A stretch of 64,000 bases of DNA from Armatimonadota bacterium (GTDB lineage Bacteria > Armatimonadota > SYMT01): contig JAWLHY010000002.1 of assembly GCA_041690135.1 (NCBI GenBank), positions 1,168,342 to 1,232,341 on the forward strand. Direction: 5' to 3'. A model generated the notes under the pieces. That model made no database searches and was not told where the DNA came from. It saw only the letters and a list, made by a program, of their open reading frames with translations. The stretch's first letter is position 1. Each line of letters opens with the position of its first letter. The position numbers and the translations under genes are program-made. Positions 30,194-38,125 of the stretch are shown piece by piece.

Positions 30194-30625
30194 ATGGATG
30201 AATTGATCCGCAAATTCTCACTCTCCCTGGCCCGAAGTACGGGCCGGCGCGGCTTCCTGGCGGGTGTTGCCCGCGGCACCGTGGGCCTGGGCCTGCTCCT
30301 GGGCGGGGTGTTCGGTGCGCCGCCCCAGGCCTTTGCCGACTCGAACTGCAAGAACTACGACAAGACGGGTTACCCGGACAGCTGCGGCAACTCCTCCGCT
30401 AATTACTGCAACAGTGGGGATGCCAGCGGGTGCTACGACGGCGACAACAACGTGACCTACTGTTCGAACTGCCCCTCCAACGATGCGAGCGGCTGCCCGA
30501 GCGGGCACACCAAGGGAGGCCAGTGGTCCTGTTGCTGCAGCAATAAGATCAGTACCTGCCAGGACTGCTACGACAGCAGCAGCAATCTCTGTATCTGCAA
30601 GACGACCGACCGCGGCAAGTGCTAA
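30194..30625 (+). CDS. Tat-exported Cys-rich protein, MauA (amine dehydrogenase light chain)-like but shortened
   Basis: AGGAG RBS at 30181; GRRGFL Tat motif; AFA cleavage site after residue 48; 95-aa mature part with 15 Cys and one Trp; CPSG...W...DC...CIC pattern. Confidence 0.8.
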   Translation: MDELIRKFSLSLARSTGRRGFLAGVARGTVGLGLLLGGVFGAPPQAFADSNCKNYDKTGYPDSCGNSSANYCNSGDASGCYDGDNNVTYCSNCPSNDASGCPSGHTKGGQWSCCCSNKISTCQDCYDSSSNLCICKTTDRGKC

Positions 30626-30875
30626 AGTCGGCGCCTGAGTGAGAACCGTCCTTTCGTTCGCCGGCACGGAGCGGCGCGATCGGACAAGACCCGGGAATCC
30701 CACCGCGAGCCGGCCGGCTGCTCCGGAGCGACCTACCCGAATGGGGAGCGTTCCGGGGCGCCGGTGGGCGCGGAGGGGATCCGAGAACACCCAGTTGCCG
30801 GTGATGGGCTCAGCCTGGGAACGGTCAGTCCGGCAATCGGTTAAGAAGGTTTCTCAACGGATGTGAGGGGAAGGT

Positions 30876-31679
30876 ATGACGGGGGAACGGCTCCAGAAGG
30901 CACCACAGCAACTGGCGCTTGGCGTGGGCGGAATTCTGGTGGGCGCCGCGCTGGCGATGGCGGGAGACGCGGGCCGGATGCTTTCACCGACGGCCGTCCT
31001 GTTGCTCCTGGCGGTGATGACCGGCGTGGCGAAGAGCGGCTCGACGTGAGGGCTCTCCATGCTGGGCCAGTTCGGCCCCATTGCCCAGCGCTCGGCCGGC
31101 ACCGGGTTGCGCGCGGCGGTGATGTATACCGTCGGGATGGCCCTCGGTGGCGGGACCGTCGGGCTCTTACTCGGTACTTTGGGATTGGGTTTGCGGTGGC
31201 TCTTCGACCTGGGGTACCAGGCCGAGGCCCGGTGGGTGCTCCTGGCGGTATCCGTGCTGGGGTTTGTAGGCGGGCTGCGAGATCTGGAGTTCATCCGCTT
31301 CGCTCTCCCGCAGCCGGCCCGGCAGGTGCCCCGTCACTACCTGGCCGTGTTCGGACCGGTGTGGACGGCTCTCTTCTGGGGCCTCGGCATCGGCCTGGCC
31401 TACAGCACGATGATCCAGTTTTCCCTGTACTGGGTGCTGGCGGTTTGGGTCACCCTGGCGGGTAGCCCGGTACTGGGCCTCGTGGCCCTGGGGCTGTATG
31501 GCCTGGTCAACGGGCTGCTGCTGATCGTCGATATCGCGGCGGTGGCGCGGGGCCGCTGGGAAAGCGGCGGGGTGCTCGGCTGGGGCCGTACCGCTCTATT
31601 CTTCAACGTGGGAGGAGTCGTGCTGCTGGCGTGCGGAGTTTTCCTGGCACTGCGGGCAGCACTACCGGTAGTTTTGTGA
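30876..31679 (+). CDS. mauF: MauF-like membrane protein, probable selenoprotein (in-frame TGA at 31047-31049)
   Basis: ATG 30876 is in frame with ORF 31059; reads GVAKSGST*GLSML (MauF STWSPCG motif); PQPARQVP and WGLGIGLAYSTMIQ match MauF motifs; hairpin just after the TGA. Confidence 0.75.
31059..31089 (+). promoter_or_regulatory. Putative bacterial SECIS element
   Basis: AUG-(CU bulge)-GGGCC-AGUUC-GGCCC-CAU stem-loop with a GU-containing apical loop starting 19 nt after the UGA; alternative 7-bp stem GCUGGGC/GCCCAGC. Confidence 0.6.
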
Positions 31680-31728
31680 TCGCCATGCAAGTCGGCCAGA
31701 GTGCGCGGCTGGGGGAAAGGACCGCCCG

Positions 31729-33465
31729 ATGAGATGGCAAACAGCGTTCCGTCATTGGCTCTTGGGGATGGGGATAAGCCTTGCGACGGTCGGAGGGGTG
31801 GCTGCTCAAGAGTTCCCGGCTCCTCCGGGTGACCAGAACCCGCGCGCGCTCCCGGTATCCCTTCGTGCCCACGGCATCCCGGCCGGCGAGGTGGTGCAAG
31901 AGTTGCAGGAGCAGATGCGGGTGCCGTTGAAGGCCGAGGCCGGGCTGGCCGCGGACCGGCTGGTGGTCTTTTGCCGGAACCGGCCCGCGGGACAGGTGAT
32001 GAGCAGCCTGGCAAAGTTGCTGAATGGGCGCTGGGAACTGCCCCCGGGGAGCGAGCTTCGCAACGCCACCCTCTCTGCTGTGCCCTCGGCGCAGCGCGAA
32101 GAGATCGAGTTGCTGCGCAAGGGGTTCAACGCGGCCTGCGCTCCCTGGCTGAACGTGGCTGCCCGAGCCCGCACGCAGGCGCTGGCCGAACTGAAGTCGC
32201 GCACCTCCGCGGGGCGGGGCGCGGCGGCGGAGATTGACCACCTGCTGCGACGAACCGGCAAAGTGCCGGATCCCGGTCTGCAGATGTTATCCAGCCTCAG
32301 CCAGGGGCAGCGCGAGCAGCTCTTGCTGAGCGGATTTCTCTACCTGCCCTTCGCCAGTATGGATGCGCGCCAGCAAGCGTTGATGCGTCTCTTCCTCCAG
32401 GAGAAGGGGATGAAAGAGGCGGAGGCGCTGGCCCACCTGCAGAATGCCGGCCCCCTCTTCTATGCCGAGACGGACCCCTCTACCCTGACGCAGGCCCACT
32501 TCGTGATGTGGTTCGACGGCAGCTTCCGCACGTTGACGGAACAGCCGCCCGTGACCCTTTACTCCCGCTCCGGGGGACCGGAGCGTTCGGTGCGTGCTTA
32601 TCCCTACCCCGTAGCCGGCGGAGCAAGGCTGGACTACACCGCGGTGGAACGGCACCCACTGCCGCGAGAATTCCGATTCGATCCGGAAGAGGAGTATACC
32701 TGGCCCACGATCCTGGAGGCCCTCTCCCGCACCACGCAGTTTGCCCTGGTTTCCGATTGCTTCCAGGCCTCGGAGGATGTGAAGCCGGTAGCCGGGCGCA
32801 CTCTGCCCCAGGCCAACTTGCCGGGGGGACGGACCCTGGCGGGGGTGCTGGACGCGCTCTGCCAGCAGTACCGCCGCGTCTGGTGGGTGGAAGACGGCGC
32901 GATCTTCCTGCGAGATCGGGAATGGTTCTTTCGCCGGCTGTACGAAGTGCCACCCGCGGTGGAGCAGTCGCTGGAACAGCACCTGAGCCAGCACGGAACA
33001 CTCCCGCCCGCCGGCCTGGCCCTGTTGGGACGCCTCACCAGCCGGCAGATCGAGGGCTGGAGCGTTGCCAGTGCCATGAAGGCCGGCAGCCCCATGGGAG
33101 CGCGCGGGAGCTTCTGGGGTCGGAAGGCGCAGCCTTACCTCGAGCTCTTTGCCAAATTGCCGCTGGTCAGCCAGGGGGAGGCGCACTCGGAAGGCGGTCT
33201 TCGCTTCGACCGGATGCCTCCCGCCGCGAAAACCGCGTTCATGCGGAACCTCCTCATCACCGAAGGCAACGAGGTGATGGAGAAGTTCCCGGAGGTCTAT
33301 TTGCGCATCCACCAGAGCGCTACCCCCGTTCCCGCGGGGAAACGGCAGTTGGGTCGCCTCACCCTGATGTTCACCTATGCACCGGAAGCGCGCTTCCTGG
33401 CCCGGTTCCAGATCCTTTTTCCACTTCCGGGAGGGACCCCGCAGGCCGGAGCCCCTCCCGGGTAG
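31729..33465 (+). CDS. Large secreted hypothetical protein with two STN/secretin-N-like segments
   Basis: Signal peptide (VAA|Q); VSLRAHGIPAGEVV..RLVVF..QVMSSLAKLL and TLAGVLDALCQQY..WWVEDGAIFLR. Confidence 0.65.
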   Translation: MRWQTAFRHWLLGMGISLATVGGVAAQEFPAPPGDQNPRALPVSLRAHGIPAGEVVQELQEQMRVPLKAEAGLAADRLVVFCRNRPAGQVMSSLAKLLNGRWELPPGSELRNATLSAVPSAQREEIELLRKGFNAACAPWLNVAARARTQALAELKSRTSAGRGAAAEIDHLLRRTGKVPDPGLQMLSSLSQGQREQLLLSGFLYLPFASMDARQQALMRLFLQEKGMKEAEALAHLQNAGPLFYAETDPSTLTQAHFVMWFDGSFRTLTEQPPVTLYSRSGGPERSVRAYPYPVAGGARLDYTAVERHPLPREFRFDPEEEYTWPTILEALSRTTQFALVSDCFQASEDVKPVAGRTLPQANLPGGRTLAGVLDALCQQYRRVWWVEDGAIFLRDREWFFRRLYEVPPAVEQSLEQHLSQHGTLPPAGLALLGRLTSRQIEGWSVASAMKAGSPMGARGSFWGRKAQPYLELFAKLPLVSQGEAHSEGGLRFDRMPPAAKTAFMRNLLITEGNEVMEKFPEVYLRIHQSATPVPAGKRQLGRLTLMFTYAPEARFLARFQILFPLPGGTPQAGAPPG

Positions 33466-33583
33466 GCATCGGCCGGTAGCGCCTGCGCAGGGGGTAATGC
33501 CGCTTTCCGGAGGCTGCAGTTGGCGCTTTCTCTCGCTGCGGTGAACGAATGGTTTGCGATCTCGTCGGCCTGGAACCCAACCC

Positions 33584-34150
33584 ATGGAAAGCACACCTGT
33601 CCTTTTTGCGCTTGTTACCGGGCTGCAACTGCTGCTCGGCGGCAGTTGGCTGATGACGGCAGCCCGGAGTCGCTCCCAGGCCGGGGGCAACCGTCCGGAG
33701 ACGGCGCTGGCTCCCTGGGGCTTCCGGGAGAAACTGCGCTGCGCCGCCGAAGCCGCCACGGGGGTGTTGCTGGTGTTCGGGTTCCTCCCCGCAACGGCGG
33801 CGGGGTTGGGGTTGATCCTGGCCGGGCCGCGGTTGCTGTCCGAGGTGCGGCGCATGCGGCAGCGAGACCCGCTTCGCCACGCTCCATCCGGCGGGGCGGC
33901 TCCGGACGGTTGGGGCGTGGCATGGGCGGGCCTCTTCCTGGGCGCTCATCTCGTACTGATAGGGACACACGCCTGGGGAAACGGAGGGGGCGCATGGCTC
34001 GGCAGGCCCCACTGCCCCACCTGGCCGGAGGCGGCGCTGGCGTTGGCGCTGGTTGCGGGCGCCACGCTCTGCCTTCGGGCGCTGGAGTTCCTGGTGCGGG
34101 CTCGCGCGATCGCCCGCGGGCGGGTGGCGGGGCAGTACATGGGAATTTGA
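33584..34150 (+). CDS. Degenerate MauE-like membrane protein (no CxCFG)
   Basis: TM pattern and AEAATGVLLVFG align loosely with ELGLGVALLLG of mauE; sits at the head of a second triplet. Confidence 0.5.
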   Translation: MESTPVLFALVTGLQLLLGGSWLMTAARSRSQAGGNRPETALAPWGFREKLRCAAEAATGVLLVFGFLPATAAGLGLILAGPRLLSEVRRMRQRDPLRHAPSGGAAPDGWGVAWAGLFLGAHLVLIGTHAWGNGGGAWLGRPHCPTWPEAALALALVAGATLCLRALEFLVRARAIARGRVAGQYMGI

Positions 34151-34168
34151 CCGGAAGGAGAAGGCCCG

Positions 34169-34693
34169 ATGGATGGAAACGCGGGACCGCTGCTGCTGTT
34201 GCTCTGGCCGGTCGTGCTGCTGGAGGGGCTGGTGCTGCTCGTGTTGGGTCGCATCCTCTTCGGGTTGGATGCCGCGCGCCGTTCGTTTCTCCCGGCAGCC
34301 GGACCGGACCTGGGCAGCCGGCAGCCGCAGCCCCCGGCGAGCGGGGGTAACGCTGCTGCGGAACTGCGCGCCGTGTTGCTGCTCCCACGCGGCTACGGGC
34401 CCGGCGATGCTCCCGTCCGCTGGCTGGAGACCATCGGCGGGCGCTGGGGAGTGGCGCGGCTTGTTGTGCTCGCCGCGAAAGTGGCGGGCAACGGGGGGTA
34501 CCCCGGTGTAATCGGAGATCCGCAGCAGCGCTGGGCGCGGGCGTGGCATGCACCCTCCGTACCGTATGTGGTGCTTCTCGACCAGGAAGGTCGAGTCTGC
34601 GCCAAGGGGGTGGTCACTACCCCCTGGGATCTCGATCACGCCTGCCGAATGGCCGCGATGCGGTTGGATATGGCCCTCGGACGGGTGGAATAG
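34169..34693 (+). CDS. MauD-like protein lacking CxxC
   Basis: GGAG RBS; TM; GPDLG; SVPYVVLLDQEGRVCAKGVV; CxxC position reads PRGYGPG. Confidence 0.7.
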   Translation: MDGNAGPLLLLLWPVVLLEGLVLLVLGRILFGLDAARRSFLPAAGPDLGSRQPQPPASGGNAAAELRAVLLLPRGYGPGDAPVRWLETIGGRWGVARLVVLAAKVAGNGGYPGVIGDPQQRWARAWHAPSVPYVVLLDQEGRVCAKGVVTTPWDLDHACRMAAMRLDMALGRVE

Positions 34694-34724
34694 GGCGGCC
34701 CATGCCGCCGGGGAGACAGGCGCA

Positions 34725-35387
34725 GTGTTTATTATCACCTACACCGTGGCATGGCTGGCTAGCGTAGCGGTGGCCGCTTTGATCCTGGCGTTCCTGTGGG
34801 CGCTCGGACGCCTTCAGCAGCAAGGTGCTCCGGCCGTAGAGGACCCGGCCGGTTCCGGAGTCCAACTCGGCGCTTCCATGGTCGATCTCGGCATTCCGTG
34901 CCTTGCGGAACTGGCATGCCCCGCGGGTGGCCCCCCCGACTCCCGCACCGTGCTGCTGTTGCTCTTCCCCGGAACCCCGGAAGCGGCCGATCCGATTCTG
35001 CGCTGGACGTTGCCGCGCCTCCGGGAGAACGCCCTGCCGCTCCGGCTGCGGGTTTTCTTTTGCGAGGATGGCGAACTCACCCCGGAACTGCGCCGCGTGC
35101 TACGGGAGGGGGAGTGGTCCGCCGGTCATCCAGAACTGTCAGCGCTCACACCGCAGGGGCAGCCGGTAGTATTCGTGTTGGACCCGCAGGGCCTCTTATG
35201 CGCGCGGGGGATCCTTCGCTCCATTCGCACCCTGGATGCCCTTCTCTCCTTCCCCTCGGTGCCCTGGACCGCCAATCCAGTTCCCTCCCACTCTCCTTTG
35301 AGCTCGGTACCCCGCCCATCAGCCGGGCGTCAAGTCGAGCGGTCGCCGGCTCCCGCCCGACCGGTGAGGTCCTCCCATGCTGTTTGA
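34725..35387 (+). CDS. Second MauD-like protein lacking CxxC
   Basis: GTG start after GGAGA; TM ending WALGRL (cf. WAVGRI in mauD#2); QPVVFVLDPQGLLCARGIL. Confidence 0.6.
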   Translation: MFIITYTVAWLASVAVAALILAFLWALGRLQQQGAPAVEDPAGSGVQLGASMVDLGIPCLAELACPAGGPPDSRTVLLLLFPGTPEAADPILRWTLPRLRENALPLRLRVFFCEDGELTPELRRVLREGEWSAGHPELSALTPQGQPVVFVLDPQGLLCARGILRSIRTLDALLSFPSVPWTANPVPSHSPLSSVPRPSAGRQVERSPAPARPVRSSHAV

Positions 35388-37245
35388 TCTGCAAAGCGAC
35401 TCGTTGAATACCTTCCTTCCCGGGGCGTCGTACGGGATGTTGTGGCTGGTCCTGCTGTTCAACGTGGCCATGGCCGCGGCGCTCGCTCGGCTACTGCTGC
35501 GGGTACGGAACCGCTGGGATGAAGCCGCGCCCGTTCCCGCCGACCCGGCGAAACCTTCCGCGGTGCCCGTGCCGCCCCCGGTGAGTGCTCCGCCACCAGC
35601 GGACACCGCCCTCCGGGCCGCAGGTAAGGCTCGTTCCAATGGAGCGCGGCACGAGGGGGAGAGCAATATCCGGACGGTTCGGACGCCCCCGGAGTCACCC
35701 CGCTCGCGGAATGGGTCGGGGCATCAAATGGCGCTCCGGTATCCGGCGTTGCCGCGCAGCCGCCGCCTCGACACCGTTTCCGTGATCATTCCCACGGCCG
35801 ATTCTCCGGACCTGTTGCTCACCTGCCTCAGCACGCTCCGCCAGGCGCAGGGCTACCTGGGACTGGAGATTCTCTGCGTGTTCTCCGAGCCGGCGCGGCA
35901 GTCGCAGCCGATCTGCAGCCGGTACGACGCCCGGATGCTCCAGGCGAAGGGGCCGTTCTGCTTCTCCAAGAGCACCAACCTGGGCCTGCGCCATGCGACC
36001 GCTCCGGCCTGCCTGCTCCTGAACAACGACGTGACATGGCACCGGCACGGGGACCTGGAGCGGTTGGTCCGGAGGCTGGAGCAGCACCCGGAACTGGCGG
36101 CCCTGGGGCCGGTGAGCGACAACATCGGGAGCGAGCACCAGAAGCGGGACGGTCCGGACCCGGCAGGCGGCCTCATCGACCCGCGCTACGCCCTGATCGG
36201 GCACTGCGTGCTCTTCCGGCGCGAGTTGCTGGAAGGCGTCGGTAATTTCGACGAAGCGTTCCAGAACTACGGTTACGATGAGGTCGACTGGTTCTGGCGC
36301 CTGCGCCGGCAGGGTTACCGGTGGGCGGTCGATGAGACGGTATGGGTCCACCACGCCGGCACCGCCTCCTTCTCTTCCTCGGACGTGCGCGACGGGATCG
36401 GTCAGAGCCGCGCGTTGTTTACCCGCAAATGGGATGTGGACCCCATTGCTCCCGGCGTTTGGGACTGGCCCGCTCCGCTCGTCTCGATCGTGATGTCTTC
36501 CCACAACTGCGGACCGTGGCTGGACCGGTGCATGCAGAGCATCCGCGCGTGCGGCCTCACCGACTACGAGGTGGTGGTGGCCGACGACGGCAGTACCGAT
36601 GAGACCGTCTCCATTCTGCGGCGCTGGAGCTCGCTGTTGCCGCTGAAGTTCGCGGCTTTCAGCAAAGCGGAGAACGTGGCGCGGGCGAAGAACCGGGCGC
36701 TGCGGATGGCGTCGGGAAGGTACATCGCGCTGATGGATGCGGACGACGAGATCCACCCGGACCGGATTCCGCTGCTGTTTGCCGCATTACGGGACACGGG
36801 AGCGGATTTCGCCTACGGTGGTTTTGAGATCCGCCGCACCTTCGGAGAGGAGCAGCACGCCGTGATCAGCGCCGCGCGGTGGGACGCGGAGCAGTACGCC
36901 ACCACGGAGACGAACTGGGTGTGCCCCTGCGCCACGCTGTACCGGCGCAGCGTCCTGGAGGCGGGCCTCTTGTTCGACGAGTCGCTTCCGGCGTTCGAGG
37001 ACTACGAGTGGGTGCTGGCCACCAGCCGCGCCGGCTTCCGGATTACGGCGGTCCCCGGTCCCCCCTGCCACATCTACCACCAGCGAGGGAACACCACGCT
37101 CAACAGCTACGAGTGGCTTGCCTTGCGGGACGGAATTCGCGCCAAGCACGCCCTCCCGCAGCCGCCCGCAACCCTGGCCGACAACGGTCGGTTCGCCCAT
37201 GAGGAGAAAAACGGTGCGTCGACTTTTCGTCATCCCGGTCAATGA
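35377..37245 (+). CDS. Tandem GT2-GT2 glycosyltransferase with N-terminal TM and Pro-rich linker
   Basis: VSVIIPT..LLNNDV..FDEAFQNYGYDEVD; then VSIVMSSHN..DDGSTD..LMDADD..FEDYE. Confidence 0.88.
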   Translation: MLFDLQSDSLNTFLPGASYGMLWLVLLFNVAMAAALARLLLRVRNRWDEAAPVPADPAKPSAVPVPPPVSAPPPADTALRAAGKARSNGARHEGESNIRTVRTPPESPRSRNGSGHQMALRYPALPRSRRLDTVSVIIPTADSPDLLLTCLSTLRQAQGYLGLEILCVFSEPARQSQPICSRYDARMLQAKGPFCFSKSTNLGLRHATAPACLLLNNDVTWHRHGDLERLVRRLEQHPELAALGPVSDNIGSEHQKRDGPDPAGGLIDPRYALIGHCVLFRRELLEGVGNFDEAFQNYGYDEVDWFWRLRRQGYRWAVDETVWVHHAGTASFSSSDVRDGIGQSRALFTRKWDVDPIAPGVWDWPAPLVSIVMSSHNCGPWLDRCMQSIRACGLTDYEVVVADDGSTDETVSILRRWSSLLPLKFAAFSKAENVARAKNRALRMASGRYIALMDADDEIHPDRIPLLFAALRDTGADFAYGGFEIRRTFGEEQHAVISAARWDAEQYATTETNWVCPCATLYRRSVLEAGLLFDESLPAFEDYEWVLATSRAGFRITAVPGPPCHIYHQRGNTTLNSYEWLALRDGIRAKHALPQPPATLADNGRFAHEEKNGASTFRHPGQ

Positions 37246-38104
37246 GTGCGCTTTCCAGGCTCGACGTCGCGAAGAGGTCCAAACAACACGACTGGCACTC
37301 TTGCAGCTGGCACTGGCGGCGATCCGCGCGCATGTGCCGCCCGGCCCTCTCCACCTGATGGTGGTCGCCTCCCAGACCTGCCCCGAAACCACCGAGTTCT
37401 TGCAGCAGGCTTATCGCGACGGCCGTATTCAAGACCTGGTGCTCTCCACGGCGAACATCGAGCACGGGATCGCCATGGATATTGCGACGCATCACGGCGT
37501 GAGCCGCTGGCACGACGTCTTCTACTGCCAGGATATGGACGTGGAGCTCCTCTCCGGCGACCTGATCGAGGGGGTGGAGACCCGCATCCTCCGGAAGCAG
37601 GCGGACGTGTTGTTCGACAGCCTCACCCCCATCACCCACTACGGGCACCAGGTCGTGCCTGCCCGCCCGCTCTGCTGCATGCTGGCCGGATCCTGCGCTC
37701 GTCGGGTGCGGTATCCCGTCACCTTCGAACACATCCAGGGAGAGATCGAGGGCCGCGACCGCTCGCCGCTCCGGCTGGACCGGATGTGGGGAGAGTGCGC
37801 GCGCGCCATCCGTCGGAACGACCCCGGCTGGGCCGGTGGGAAGGGGGCTCGAGAGTTTCATACCGACACCGGCTACGCCTTCATGCGCCTGGCGCCGCTG
37901 TGGGGGATGAAGGTGCTGCCGCTGCCCGAAGAGCTGCGCGATTGCTATGTCCACCGCGGCTATCTCTCCCCCCGATACGGGCTCTCGGATATCACTTACG
38001 GCGGTCGGTCGGTCGCGGAGCACCTGGACGAGGCCTGCACCCGGCTACGGGAGGTGTACGGGGAAGAGCCGGCATCCGGTTTGCGCGTGGCGTGCGTTCG
38101 GTGA
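37214..38104 (+). CDS. Divergent GT-A fold glycosyltransferase
   Basis: GAGGAG RBS and GTG start; FVIPV; NIEHGIAMD; QDMDV (DxD); HTDTG. Confidence 0.6.
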   Translation: MRRLFVIPVNECAFQARRREEVQTTRLALLQLALAAIRAHVPPGPLHLMVVASQTCPETTEFLQQAYRDGRIQDLVLSTANIEHGIAMDIATHHGVSRWHDVFYCQDMDVELLSGDLIEGVETRILRKQADVLFDSLTPITHYGHQVVPARPLCCMLAGSCARRVRYPVTFEHIQGEIEGRDRSPLRLDRMWGECARAIRRNDPGWAGGKGAREFHTDTGYAFMRLAPLWGMKVLPLPEELRDCYVHRGYLSPRYGLSDITYGGRSVAEHLDEACTRLREVYGEEPASGLRVACVR

Positions 38105-38125
38105 GGGGAGGAGAACCCGATTACC

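Noticed and set aside
30863-31465. 200-aa plus-strand ORF covering the mauF 5' region
   Set aside because: Arg/Gly/Pro-rich off-frame product; the frame starting at 30876 carries the MauF motifs
28094-31679. Canonical methylamine dehydrogenase operon
   Set aside because: No mauB, mauG or mauC in the window, and the small subunit lacks the second TTQ Trp
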